64,000 nucleotides of DNA from Nannocystis bainbridge (GTDB lineage Bacteria > Myxococcota_A > Polyangia > Nannocystales > Nannocystaceae), in contig NZ_JAQNDL010000003.1 of NCBI RefSeq assembly GCF_028368995.1, positions 1,760,001 through 1,824,000 of the forward strand, given 5' to 3'. The position numbers and the translations under genes were made by a program. Under the pieces are notes generated by a model that saw only the letters and a list, made by a program, of their open reading frames with translations, ran no database searches and was not told where the DNA came from. Shown piece by piece: positions 50,385 to 59,954 of this stretch (position 1 is the first letter of the stretch; every line of letters starts with the position of its first letter).

Positions 50385-50822
50385 ATGAGCCTCGATCCTG
50401 CCGCCGAGCTGCGCCAACTCTTCGACCTGTGGTTCCACGCCATCGACGAGCGCGACGTCTCCTTCGTCGATCGCCACTTCCACGCCGAATTCCACGACAT
50501 CGATTTCGACGCCGTCGTCCGCGCGTCACAAGGAAGGCTGTTCCAAGATTCACGGATCGAGGTTCCAGACCGTTCCGTCTACCGCGCCATGTTCGCGGCC
50601 CTGCCGCCCGGCACCACCGGCGACCACGACGTGCGAGCGTTCGACGTGCGCCCGCTCGGTGAAGGCAGCAGCGCCCTGGTCACCGGCGTCTACTATGCCC
50701 GCCTGGAGATCCCCGGCGTGCCGAAGATCGAGAAGACCCTGCGCTTCCTGAGCGTATGGGAGCAGAGCCTCGCCGGCTGGAAGCTGCTCGCCCACCAGAC
50801 CGTCGCCCTGCCGGGCGCGTGA
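50385..50822 (+). CDS. NTF2-like / DUF4440 protein
   Basis: Short alpha+beta protein, ALVTG, RFLSVW..GWKLLAHQ. Confidence 0.8.
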   Translation: MSLDPAAELRQLFDLWFHAIDERDVSFVDRHFHAEFHDIDFDAVVRASQGRLFQDSRIEVPDRSVYRAMFAALPPGTTGDHDVRAFDVRPLGEGSSALVTGVYYARLEIPGVPKIEKTLRFLSVWEQSLAGWKLLAHQTVALPGA

Positions 50823-51036
50823 GCGGGGAGCGTCCTCGCACCATGACCGAGCTCATCAAGATCTCGCGGCGCGGGGAGCCGGACAGGCACCTGCTCTGCA
50901 TGCCCGAGATGATGCTGCGAGCTTCGCCTCCTTCTTCTGAACGCTGAGCGCGTTCCCCGGCTCGGGGAAAGCGCTGTCGGGCTGGCCGCGTCCATCTCCC
51001 CTTGCGCCAACGCCTGCGCTCGGGTGTCATGGATTC

Positions 51037-51648
51037 ATGAAAGATCCGGCGACTCACTTTCAACCCTGGATCGGGAAGAACTACCGGTCTCCCGGCCGCA
51101 AGAACAAGCGCGTGATGGTGCTCGGCGAGTCGCACTACGAGTGGCTCGACAACCAGTCCCTCGCCAGTGACTGGACACGGCAGTCCATCGAGCATGACAT
51201 CATCGGAAAAAAGCATCGTTTCCGTACCCGTGTGGCCGCAGTTTTTCTCGGCCATCGCCCGACGACACCCGAGGAGCGCGGCGACTTCTGGCACTCCGTC
51301 GCGTTCACGAATTACATCCCCGTGAGTGTGGGCAGGGGAGCGAAGAAGGAGCCGACCGAGGAGATGTGGTCGGCCGCGATTCCGCGATTCTCCGCCTTGA
51401 TCGCGGAGCATGAGCCTCAATTCCTCCTCGTCCTCGGCCACGAGTTATGGAGGCGAGTGCACTATAGCTACGCCATGGACGGCCGCCCCGAGCCGCACCT
51501 GAGCCCGCTGGGTGAATGGCGAATGTGGCGCTACCGCATCACGCCGGACCAGACAATACTCGCCTGTGCCACGACCCATCCGTCATCCAGAGGCTTCGAC
51601 TTCAACCAGTGGCACCCTTTCGTGGAGACGATGTTGAAGCTCGCTTGA
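51037..51648 (+). CDS. Uracil-DNA glycosylase-superfamily-like protein
   Basis: PWIGKNY, VMVLGESHY, AFTNY, PQFLLVLG, THPS motifs in UDG-fold order. Confidence 0.65.
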   Translation: MKDPATHFQPWIGKNYRSPGRKNKRVMVLGESHYEWLDNQSLASDWTRQSIEHDIIGKKHRFRTRVAAVFLGHRPTTPEERGDFWHSVAFTNYIPVSVGRGAKKEPTEEMWSAAIPRFSALIAEHEPQFLLVLGHELWRRVHYSYAMDGRPEPHLSPLGEWRMWRYRITPDQTILACATTHPSSRGFDFNQWHPFVETMLKLA

Positions 51649-51699
51649 ATCGGAGTCCACCCGGGGCATGTCCGATCGAACATGCTCCGAGGGACAGAC

Positions 51700-52870
51700 T
51701 CACGGCATGATGCAACTGTGCCCCGTGCACGCCAGCAGGCCGTCGGCCGCGACGTAGGCCCCGGACGCCGCGCAGAAAGCGGGTAGCACCTCGCCCCGCG
51801 CCACGGCCGACAGCGGGTTGTCCGTCAGTATCACGTCGAGGCAGTCCTGATCCGGTCCAGGCACCGACCAGTCGGCGGTCAGCAGCGCGTCGGCCTCGAC
51901 GATCCCGTTGTCCATGAGCTCGAGCGCGAGCGGCGTGGGGAACGTCGCCACCGGCGACAGGTCCTCGACCAGCGCGCCGTTGGCATACAGACGGCGGATC
52001 GGCAGGCCCGTGAGCGGCCCGAGGTCGGCGACGTCGATGCCGTTCATCGTCAGCGACTCGAGCGACGCGAGATCGGCGAGCGGGCCGAGGTCGGTGACCG
52101 CCGTGTTGGAGATGTCCAGCGTGACCAGCGACCCGAGGGCCGCGAGCGCCTCGATGTCGAGGTACGCGCCGCCCGGAGCCGACAGCTCGCGCAGCGCCGA
52201 CAGACCGGCCAGCGGCGCCAGCGAATCGATCGGGGCCCAGGCGATGTCGAGCAGCTCGAGCTGCTTGGCCGCGGCCAGCGGGCTGACATCGGCGGCCACC
52301 GCGCCATCGAGGACCAACTCGCGCAACGCCGTGAGCCCGGCCAGCGGGGCGAAGTCGGCGACCGGGTTACTGCGAAGGTTGAGGACCTCGAGCTGGGTGA
52401 GGCCGGCGAGCGGGCCGATGTCGGCGATCTCGTTGAAGGAGAGTGTCAAGGACACGAGGCCGGTGGCGCACTCGATCCCGGAGAGGCTCACGATCCCCAC
52501 GTCCGCCGCGTAGATCTGGGTGAGCGCGGCGATGTCGACGCCGAGCAGCGGGCCCTCCGGCTGCTGCAGCACCGCCCGTACGGCGGCCTCGAGCACGGGC
52601 GAACTCGACCTCGTCGCAATCGACCCCCGCTTCGGTGGTCCCGCTCGACGTCGACGCCGCCACGGTCGTCGCCTCCGTCGGCGTTGTCGTGGCGCCGCTG
52701 GTGGTGTCGTCCGGTCCCGTCGTCGCTGCCGTCGAGCTCGACGGATCGCTCGACCCATCGGTCGTCTCGGGCGGCTCGGCGGTCGTGACGGTCTCGCCGG
52801 GCTCCGGACAGCCCGACACGACGAACGAGACGCAGACGAGCGTCCAGACGCGACAGCTCTGTTTATTCAT
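51700..52870 (-). pseudogene. Internalin-like LRR lipoprotein with apparent frameshift near 52600
   Basis: MNKQ..VVSGC + Thr linker + CDEVEFA in one frame; PVLEAAVR + 22-aa LRRs (LAGLTQLEVLNLRSNPVADFAP) in another. Confidence 0.8.
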
Positions 52871-53131
52871 GAGAGCGCTCCTGCTCGAGGCTAGAGAGTG
52901 CCGGCGCACGCGCAGGCCGCGCCCACCGCGCAGGCCCCTTCCACCCTCGCCCAAGATTTTGACTTGGCGTATCTACGCCCTGTACGCTTGGTGGTAAAGC
53001 CGCTTGCATCACCCCATGTACCCACGAGGCCTCGACTACCTGCAAGCCCCCCTCGAAGGAGGGTCCCGGAAAATCGTCCGGAACCCTGCCCCGAACCTCG
53101 GTAAAGAACCTAGACTTAAATTCGGATCTCT

Positions 53132-55465
53132 ATGACTACCCAGGTCCGCTTCGGGGCACGCTTCTCCGTCGATACTCACCTCTTCCGCGAACTGGGAGAG
53201 CTACTTGTCGGCCGTGAATCGACCGCTCTCATCGAATTGGTGAAAAATGCCTACGATGCTGATGCGACCGAAGTAACCGTCTATGGCGAAAACATCGGTG
53301 ATATCAACCGGGGGACCATCCGCATCACCGACAACGGTGTCGGCATGACCCCAGAGACGTTTCAACGCGGGTTCCTTCGCGTCGCCGCCCGGATCAAAAA
53401 CGAGGGCGACAGAAAATCCCCGCGTTGGGGCCGCAGATTCACCGGTGCGAAAGGCGTTGGTCGCCTCGCGGCCCACAAGCTCGCGCGCAAGATCGAGATT
53501 CAATCGACGCCTTGGACAGAGGCCGAATCGACCGTTGGCGTCGATGGATTAATCGATTGGGACAAGGTCGAACAAGCCGAGACACTCGACCAGATCCCTG
53601 AGGGCGCGGTCTCTCTGACCGAGAAGCGCGTCAAGAAAGGCAGCGCCCACGGCACGATCCTCACCCTGACGCGGCTGCGCCGGAAGTGGACGCCTGCCCA
53701 GCGCGCCCGCTTCCTCCTCGAGGTTGAAGCGCTGCGCGCTCCTCCCTTGATAACCGGCTCGATACCTCGCAACATTGTACCGAAAGGCGGCCTCTTCGAT
53801 CGACCGTTCTTCGTCGACGCCAAGAAGACAGACCCCGGATTCACGCTGACCCTTGAGGGCGACTTCGAGACAGGCGAGGGCTACTGGCCTGCAGTGCTTG
53901 CCGCGGCGGGGTGGCTGCTCGAAATCGACGCCTCCCCCGAGCGGGTCCGCTACGCCGTTGCGCCCACGAAGAAGACCTTGACGGAGTTTCCGGCCGCTCG
54001 TCCTATCGAAGTCTCCGAGCCTCATCCGGCGTCCGAGCGAGGTCCCTTCTTCCAAGCCCGCATTTTCATCCGCGAGGGCGCTAACACGCGAGACCGCAAT
54101 GAGCGCTCCTGGGCATCGCGCGTCGCTGGCGTGCGAGTCTACATGGAAGGCTTTCGGGTCCTGCCCTACGGAGAAGAAGCCGATGACTGGCTCGCCCTAA
54201 CGCGAGATACGACCAGCCGCGACAGGAAGCTCCGTTTCCTCTCCGATTCCATCGCCTCCGACAAGCTCTCAGAGATCGACAACGAGGGCCTGCTTATTCT
54301 TCCTAGTAAACATTATATCGGCGGGGTCTTTCTCACCGAAAACCGCGCCGGATCATTGGAAATGCTGATCAACCGCGAGGGCTTTGTCCCCGACGCAGCG
54401 TTCGAGACACTGGTCAAGTTGGTCCGGCAAGGCATTGATCTCTCGACGCGCGTACGCGCAGCCGCCCGCGTCGCTCAGCGCGCGGTCCCTCACGAGGACG
54501 GTCCTGCCCCCGAGAGGCGAGAAGGAGCCTCCCCCGACCCGTCACCGCAGCTACGAAACACCTTACCGCGCGAAGAACCCCTGCGGCGCAAGGCGGAGGG
54601 CTCGCTGCGCCGCCTATCGGAGCTGAGTTCGGAGCTAGAGAAGCTCGCCAAGAGCGCCCCCGAACCGCTCCGGGTCAAGCTCCTCAGCGCCGCGACCGAT
54701 CTCAGCCAGGCGACTGCCCTCTCGCGCGAAGTGATACCTGCGGGCTCCCTGGTATTGGTGCTCGCGTCGGTTGGGACGCAACTCGCAGCGTTCACCCACG
54801 AGGTCAACCACCTCCTCGCGCTCGCATCGGATCTCGAGGCGGTGATAGCTCGGTTACAGGCGCTCGAGCTTCCACCGCGGGTTAGAAGTCAAACCTCGAA
54901 GATCGGCGGTGCCGCGACCGAGCTCCGCCGTGCCATTGAGCGGCAGGCGGCCTACCTCGTCGACATCGTCACGCCCGACGCGAGGAGACGGCGCTCCCGT
55001 CTCAAGATCTCCGAGGTTCTGAACGCGACATGGAAACTCGTCGCTACCGCGGCCGAGCAACGAGGAATCTCGCTTCGCAATGCGATCAAGGACGACGTCC
55101 GGACGCCTCCGATGTTCCGCGCAGAATTGATGGCGGTTTTTACCAACCTCTTGACGAACGCTGTCAAGGCCGCGGGTAAGGATGGAGTCATCGCTGCAAG
55201 CTCAACGACGACGAGCGATGGAGTCCTGCGGATCCGGCTGGAGAATACCGGCGCGGCCGTCGATCCAAACGAGGGCGAACGATGGTTCCGTCCGTTCGAA
55301 TCGACGACCGTCGACATCGACCCGGTACTCGGGCAAGGAATGGGCCTCGGCCTCGGGATCACCCGCGATCTGCTCGCCGAGGTCGGCGGCCAGATCTCCT
55401 TCGTACAGCCCCATCGCGGTTTCTCGACTGCGCTCGAGATCGCGTTCCCAGGAGCAGACTCATGA
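53132..55465 (+). CDS. MORC/GHKL ATPase (HATPase_c_3-like) fused to histidine kinase
   Basis: N-terminal ELVKNAYDADA, DNGVGM, GAKGVGRLA, HGT; S5-like GVRVYMEGFRVLPYG..NREG; C-terminal FTHEVNH, NLLTNAVKA, FRPFESTT, GMGLGL. Confidence 0.9.
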   Translation: MTTQVRFGARFSVDTHLFRELGELLVGRESTALIELVKNAYDADATEVTVYGENIGDINRGTIRITDNGVGMTPETFQRGFLRVAARIKNEGDRKSPRWGRRFTGAKGVGRLAAHKLARKIEIQSTPWTEAESTVGVDGLIDWDKVEQAETLDQIPEGAVSLTEKRVKKGSAHGTILTLTRLRRKWTPAQRARFLLEVEALRAPPLITGSIPRNIVPKGGLFDRPFFVDAKKTDPGFTLTLEGDFETGEGYWPAVLAAAGWLLEIDASPERVRYAVAPTKKTLTEFPAARPIEVSEPHPASERGPFFQARIFIREGANTRDRNERSWASRVAGVRVYMEGFRVLPYGEEADDWLALTRDTTSRDRKLRFLSDSIASDKLSEIDNEGLLILPSKHYIGGVFLTENRAGSLEMLINREGFVPDAAFETLVKLVRQGIDLSTRVRAAARVAQRAVPHEDGPAPERREGASPDPSPQLRNTLPREEPLRRKAEGSLRRLSELSSELEKLAKSAPEPLRVKLLSAATDLSQATALSREVIPAGSLVLVLASVGTQLAAFTHEVNHLLALASDLEAVIARLQALELPPRVRSQTSKIGGAATELRRAIERQAAYLVDIVTPDARRRRSRLKISEVLNATWKLVATAAEQRGISLRNAIKDDVRTPPMFRAELMAVFTNLLTNAVKAAGKDGVIAASSTTTSDGVLRIRLENTGAAVDPNEGERWFRPFESTTVDIDPVLGQGMGLGLGITRDLLAEVGGQISFVQPHRGFSTALEIAFPGADS

Positions 55466-56577
55466 ACACCACGGCGATCCTTTACGTTGACGACGATCCA
55501 GACGCGTTCGGCGGCTGGCGTAACGAAGTCATGGCTGACGGACGGGCGTCCCTCACGATTGCTCACCCCGACGATGTCACCCGAGACCATTTGGAGCGGG
55601 CCTCAGTAGTGCTGGTGGACTTCAAGCTCGAACATTGGCCGAACCGCGATAATCTGGAGCAGCTCAGCTTGAAACCCGTTAACGGCCTCTCGCTACTCAC
55701 GATTCTGCAAGAGCACCTACACGAATCTAAGGTCACCTCACCATGCGCATTTGCACTCCATACAGGAGCCTTTCACATCGTCGCGCGGAGCCTACCACCC
55801 CAGCCGCATATCGTGGCACGTGCCCACAATCTTGAATGGATCTTTGACAAGAGCACGCCTGGACCGAGACGTGCCGCCCAGGTCGTTCAGTTGGCCGCTG
55901 CAGTGCAGGCCCTGCCAGTCATCTGGCCCCAGGACAGCGCTCCCGCCGCGAGCGACGCCCTACGACAGTGGCTAGGTTTGAATGAATCGGCCCCATGGTC
56001 TCACTCCGCTTGGGGCGACGTGGTGCGCTGCCGCCCCCCGATCCACGAGTTCGCGGAACATACGAACGGCGTCGGCGTGCTGCGCTGGATGCTTCACCGC
56101 ATCCTGCCCTATCCATGCTTCTTGATCGACGACATCCACCTCGCCGCCAGGCTGCGGATCACGGTCGAATCGCTACGGACCGAGCTCGACCCAGGTGGAA
56201 GTCTGTACGACTTCCTTCGCACCGCGGAGTACCAAGGACAACTGAAGACATTCCTGGGGCGCCGCTGGTGGCGTAGCGGGATCGAATTGCTGCTGTTCCA
56301 GCTGACAAAAGAGAGTCCCGGCGATCTGTCATTCTTGCGGATAAAGCTGGCGGCCCGCTACCCGAACCTCGTCCCCACCGAGGCGCTCCACGTGTATCCC
56401 GTACTCGACGACCAATTTCGTTCCCGGGAAATCCTCGCCGCTGCAGACGAGGTGGTCGAGATCGTCCCCGACGACTGGCCTCCCTTCGCCGACTCTGCAT
56501 GGGCTTTGGCCTCCGATCTCGAGGACTACCCTCAGTTGAAGGCCATCGGGGTCTCGGGTGGAGACGTGGAGGAATAA
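55462..56577 (+). CDS. Receiver (REC) domain protein with unknown C-terminal domain
   Basis: ILYVDDD, VLVDFKL, NGLSL, ALHTG, FDKS; ATGA overlap with the kinase gene. Confidence 0.8.
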   Translation: MNTTAILYVDDDPDAFGGWRNEVMADGRASLTIAHPDDVTRDHLERASVVLVDFKLEHWPNRDNLEQLSLKPVNGLSLLTILQEHLHESKVTSPCAFALHTGAFHIVARSLPPQPHIVARAHNLEWIFDKSTPGPRRAAQVVQLAAAVQALPVIWPQDSAPAASDALRQWLGLNESAPWSHSAWGDVVRCRPPIHEFAEHTNGVGVLRWMLHRILPYPCFLIDDIHLAARLRITVESLRTELDPGGSLYDFLRTAEYQGQLKTFLGRRWWRSGIELLLFQLTKESPGDLSFLRIKLAARYPNLVPTEALHVYPVLDDQFRSREILAAADEVVEIVPDDWPPFADSAWALASDLEDYPQLKAIGVSGGDVEE

Positions 56578-56580
56578 GTC

Positions 56581-57336
56581 GTGGAACCTCGGGGCCTCGT
56601 TTTTTCTTTCAAAGACCTCATCGATGAATGCATGGTGCTGAAGGCGTTTGCAAAACCATTCCTCGACAAGACGACGCTCGAAACGCTCGATCTCGCCCGA
56701 TACAACCTTGAGAGTATCCAGGCCAGCGGTGTTTGGAACCAATCCTCAAAATGGCAGATCCCGGCGAATCGTCCGCTTTGCACTGTGCCCAGTGAAGGCG
56801 AATCCCAACCCGACAAGAAGAGTAAATTTCTTCTACGCGGAAAATTCAGCTTCGTCTGGGAGATCCGCGCCGAAAAGCCGAAAAAAGGCCCGCGGTCGCA
56901 CACCTTCTCGCTAGAAGGGCTCGCGTCGACGGTGATCGACATCATGGAACAAACCTCGGACGGCGAGCGCTGCATCGCGCACTGGACCGTCGACGTCGGC
57001 GATCACAGTTCGCCGGGCACGCATTTTCATTTCCAGATGAACGGTTTCGAGAAGCCACCTTTTCCAAAAGCCCTCGATATTCCCAGACTCCCCGCGCCTC
57101 TGATGAGCCCGTTCCTGGCAATCGACCTCGCCCTGGGTGAACTCTTCCAGGACCGTTGGGCTCTCCATGCGACGAGTGAGAGTCCAGACATCAGGCGCTG
57201 GCGAAATCTGCATGGGGAGCGACTGCTCAGGTTCTTCAAGTGGCAATCCGGCTGCGTCGAGCGAGCGGCCGGGAGCCCCTGGATAGCGCTCAAGAAGGCC
57301 AAGCCTCCCCGCGACTTGCTCGTCTGTAAACTATAG
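56581..57336 (+). CDS. Hypothetical protein with D..H..HFHFQ..PRLP motif (possible effector)
   Basis: Starts 4 nt after the REC gene stop with GGAGG RBS; same AT-richer codon usage. Confidence 0.8.
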   Translation: MEPRGLVFSFKDLIDECMVLKAFAKPFLDKTTLETLDLARYNLESIQASGVWNQSSKWQIPANRPLCTVPSEGESQPDKKSKFLLRGKFSFVWEIRAEKPKKGPRSHTFSLEGLASTVIDIMEQTSDGERCIAHWTVDVGDHSSPGTHFHFQMNGFEKPPFPKALDIPRLPAPLMSPFLAIDLALGELFQDRWALHATSESPDIRRWRNLHGERLLRFFKWQSGCVERAAGSPWIALKKAKPPRDLLVCKL

Positions 57337-57367
57337 TTCTGACGGCCTCGTCGTAAGCGTCAAGCCT

Positions 57368-58660
57368 TCACCCCGCCGCGCACAGCGCCAGCCCTGACGC
57401 GATCGACATCAGCTCATCCCCGCTGCGCAGCTTCGCCGCCCCGAAGCGGGCCTCGAACAGCGCGCGCACCACTGGCACGAACGCCGTGCCGCCGGTCATG
57501 AACACGCAGTCGACATCCCCCGCCGTCACCCCCGCGCTCGCCAGCGTCTCGTCGAGGCAGCTGGCGATCGAAGTCGTCACCGGCTCGATCCAGCGCTCGA
57601 AGTCGCGGCGGGTCACCGCCGCGTGGATCTCGATCTCCCCGTCGCTGAAGTCGAACTTCGCCTGCGACTTGTGCGACAGCTCGACCTTGGTCCGCTCGAC
57701 CGCCTTGTGCAGGTGGAACGCCCCGTTCGTCTCGATGATGTGCATCAACTTCTCGATGCGGTCCGGGTGACGCGCCCCGCGGCGCAGCCGCTCGAGCTCG
57801 GCCCGCACTCGCGCCCCGGCCAGGAACGGCAAATGATGCCAGCGCGCCAGCTTGTAATAATAGGCCCCGGGGATCGGTCGCTCCACCCCCATCTCGACGT
57901 ACGTGCTGCCCTTGCCGAGCGCCGGGCACACCAGGTGCTCGATGAGCGCCGCGTCGAGGTCGTCGCCGGCCGCACCCACGCCGCCGGTGCCGACGATCTC
58001 GCGCGCGCGCGCGTCCCCCTGCCCGGTCGGACCCATGCGCATCAGGCAGAAGTCCGTCGTGCCCGCGCCGAAGTCGGCCACCAGCGCCAGCTCGGGCCGC
58101 TTCAGCGTGCGCTCGTAGTGATGCGCCGCCGCGACCGGCTCGAGCTCGAGCTGCGCGTCGTGGAAGCCTGCCACCCGCGCCGCTGCCAGCAGGCGCTCGG
58201 CCGCCAGCGCGTCGTCGGCCGGCGTCGTCCCGCCCGCGAAGCGCACCGGCCTGCCGATCGTCGCCGCCTCGATCGCCACGCCCAGGTGCTGCTCCGCGCG
58301 CTCGCGCAGCCGCTGCAGGTACAGCGCGATCATGTCGTCGAGCCCGATCGTGTGCTGGGCCACCTGCGTGCGCCCCAGCGACTCGGTCGTCAGGTGGGTC
58401 TTGAACGACTGCATCAGCCGGCCCTCGCCCATCCGCTCGAGGTACGCCGCGATCGCCTCGCCCCCCGCCGAGTACTGGATCGCCTGCCCGCGCGGCTGCT
58501 CCTCCGGGTCGAAGAACAGCAGCGTGCGCCAGCTCGGCCCCGGCGTGCCGAGCGTCGGCAGCTGGGCGAAGCGTACCTGCCCGGCCGCGTCGACCAGCGC
58601 GAGCGCCGAACTCGAGGTGCCGAAATCGATCCCGACTCTGGGGCGCTTGCCTGGCGTCAT
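57368..58660 (-). CDS. yegD: Hsp70-family chaperone, YegD-like
   Basis: GIDFGTS, GRLMQSFK, IGRPVRF, EPVAAA, DFGAGTTDF, FMTGGT; no substrate-binding domain. Confidence 0.85.
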   Translation of the reverse strand: MTPGKRPRVGIDFGTSSSALALVDAAGQVRFAQLPTLGTPGPSWRTLLFFDPEEQPRGQAIQYSAGGEAIAAYLERMGEGRLMQSFKTHLTTESLGRTQVAQHTIGLDDMIALYLQRLRERAEQHLGVAIEAATIGRPVRFAGGTTPADDALAAERLLAAARVAGFHDAQLELEPVAAAHHYERTLKRPELALVADFGAGTTDFCLMRMGPTGQGDARAREIVGTGGVGAAGDDLDAALIEHLVCPALGKGSTYVEMGVERPIPGAYYYKLARWHHLPFLAGARVRAELERLRRGARHPDRIEKLMHIIETNGAFHLHKAVERTKVELSHKSQAKFDFSDGEIEIHAAVTRRDFERWIEPVTTSIASCLDETLASAGVTAGDVDCVFMTGGTAFVPVVRALFEARFGAAKLRSGDELMSIASGLALCAAG

Positions 58661-58840
58661 GAGGCGCGCGTTGTACCCGAAAACATGCCCCTGCACCCCG
58701 GCGGTTTCGGCGCGAGCGCCAGGCCCGCGGCCTCTGCGACAACCCCGCAGCCCGGCCTGTCGCCGTCACCGATCTCGCACCGTGCCAGCGCCGAACGGGC
58801 CTCACGGCGCGTCGCATGCGGCTCGACGCCAGGCGCCGGC

Positions 58841-59008
58841 CGCGTCCCCGGCGTGGCGAGGTGGCGCTGGTCGAGCCGTCGCGCATCAGCCCTCAGGCCT
58901 GCGCCTGGCTCGCGCGCGCGTAGCGTCCCCCGCGTGGCGAGGTGAAGCGCATCGAGCCCCGCGCACGGGCCCTCAGGCCTGCGCCTGGCTCGCGCGCGCG
59001 TAGCGTCC
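58841..59008. repeat. 80-bp tandem duplication including the AraC gene 3' end
   Basis: cctcaggcctgcgcctggctcgcgcgcgcgtagcgtcc occurs at 58891 and 58971; flanks align with mismatches. Confidence 0.85.
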
Positions 59009-59881
59009 GGGGGGCTGGCCCACGTGGCGGCTGAAGGCCGTGCTGAACGTGCTCGCCGAGCCGTAGCCGACACGCTCCGCGACCTCGGCCAGGCCCAGCT
59101 TGTGCCGGCGCAGCAGGTCCTGCGCCACCGCCATGCGCCAGGCTTGCAGGTACTCCATCGGCGGCAGGCCCACGGCGCGGGTGAACCGCTCGAAGAACGC
59201 CGAGCGCGACAGCGCCGCTGTCTTCGCCAGCTGGGCCACCGTCCAGTTGCGCGCGAACTGCCCGTGCATCTGCCGGATGGCCGGCGCCAGGCGGGCGTCG
59301 GCCAGCCCGCGCAGGAGCCCCGGCGGCGTGTCGTCGCCCGGCGTCGCGCGCAGGGCCTCGATCAGCAGCAGCTCCACCAGCCGCGCCAGCACCAGCTCGC
59401 GGCCCGACTTGCGGGCGCCCGCCTCCTCGCCGACCAGCCGCACCAGCAGCGACAGCCGCTCCACCCCGCGCACGTGCATCACCGCCGGCAGCAGCGACAC
59501 CAGCAGCTTCGCGTCCGGCGCGTCGAACACGAAATAACCACCGAGCAGGCGCACATCGGGCCGTCCGCCGCGCGTGCCGTGGCGGACCTCGGCCGTGGGC
59601 GCGAGCGCCAGCTTGGGGTCGATGCGCTCCGGCTTCACCGGCTCGAAGCCCGACATCGTAAAGCCCGGCGTCGCCGGCAGCAGCAGGAAATCGCCCGCCT
59701 CCAGCGTCAGCGGCCGGTGGCCGTCGACCGCCAGGCGACAGCGACCCTCGAGCACCGTGCAGAAGCTCGGCTGGCCGAAGGCGGAGTAGCGCACGCCCCA
59801 GCGACCGGCGCCGCTGATGGGCTTCGAGAACACGGCGCGCGGCTGCAGCAGCGCGATGATTTCCGAGAGTGGGTCGTGCAT
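58973..59881 (-). CDS. AraC-family regulator with cupin domain
   Basis: DPLSE, WTVAQLA..LSRSAF..RF..VG.PPMEYL..WRM, VGYGSASTFSTAFSR. Confidence 0.95.
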   Translation of the reverse strand: MHDPLSEIIALLQPRAVFSKPISGAGRWGVRYSAFGQPSFCTVLEGRCRLAVDGHRPLTLEAGDFLLLPATPGFTMSGFEPVKPERIDPKLALAPTAEVRHGTRGGRPDVRLLGGYFVFDAPDAKLLVSLLPAVMHVRGVERLSLLVRLVGEEAGARKSGRELVLARLVELLLIEALRATPGDDTPPGLLRGLADARLAPAIRQMHGQFARNWTVAQLAKTAALSRSAFFERFTRAVGLPPMEYLQAWRMAVAQDLLRRHKLGLAEVAERVGYGSASTFSTAFSRHVGQPPGRYARASQAQA

Positions 59882-59954
59882 GTCTGGACGATCGCCAATG
59901 AAACGCGGACTTCTCATGATAGAGAGTCCGGCCGGCGGCCGCTATACCAAAAGC

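Noticed and set aside
53069-53111. GAACC repeats at 12-13 bp spacing upstream of the MORC island
   Set aside because: Too short and irregular to distinguish from chance.
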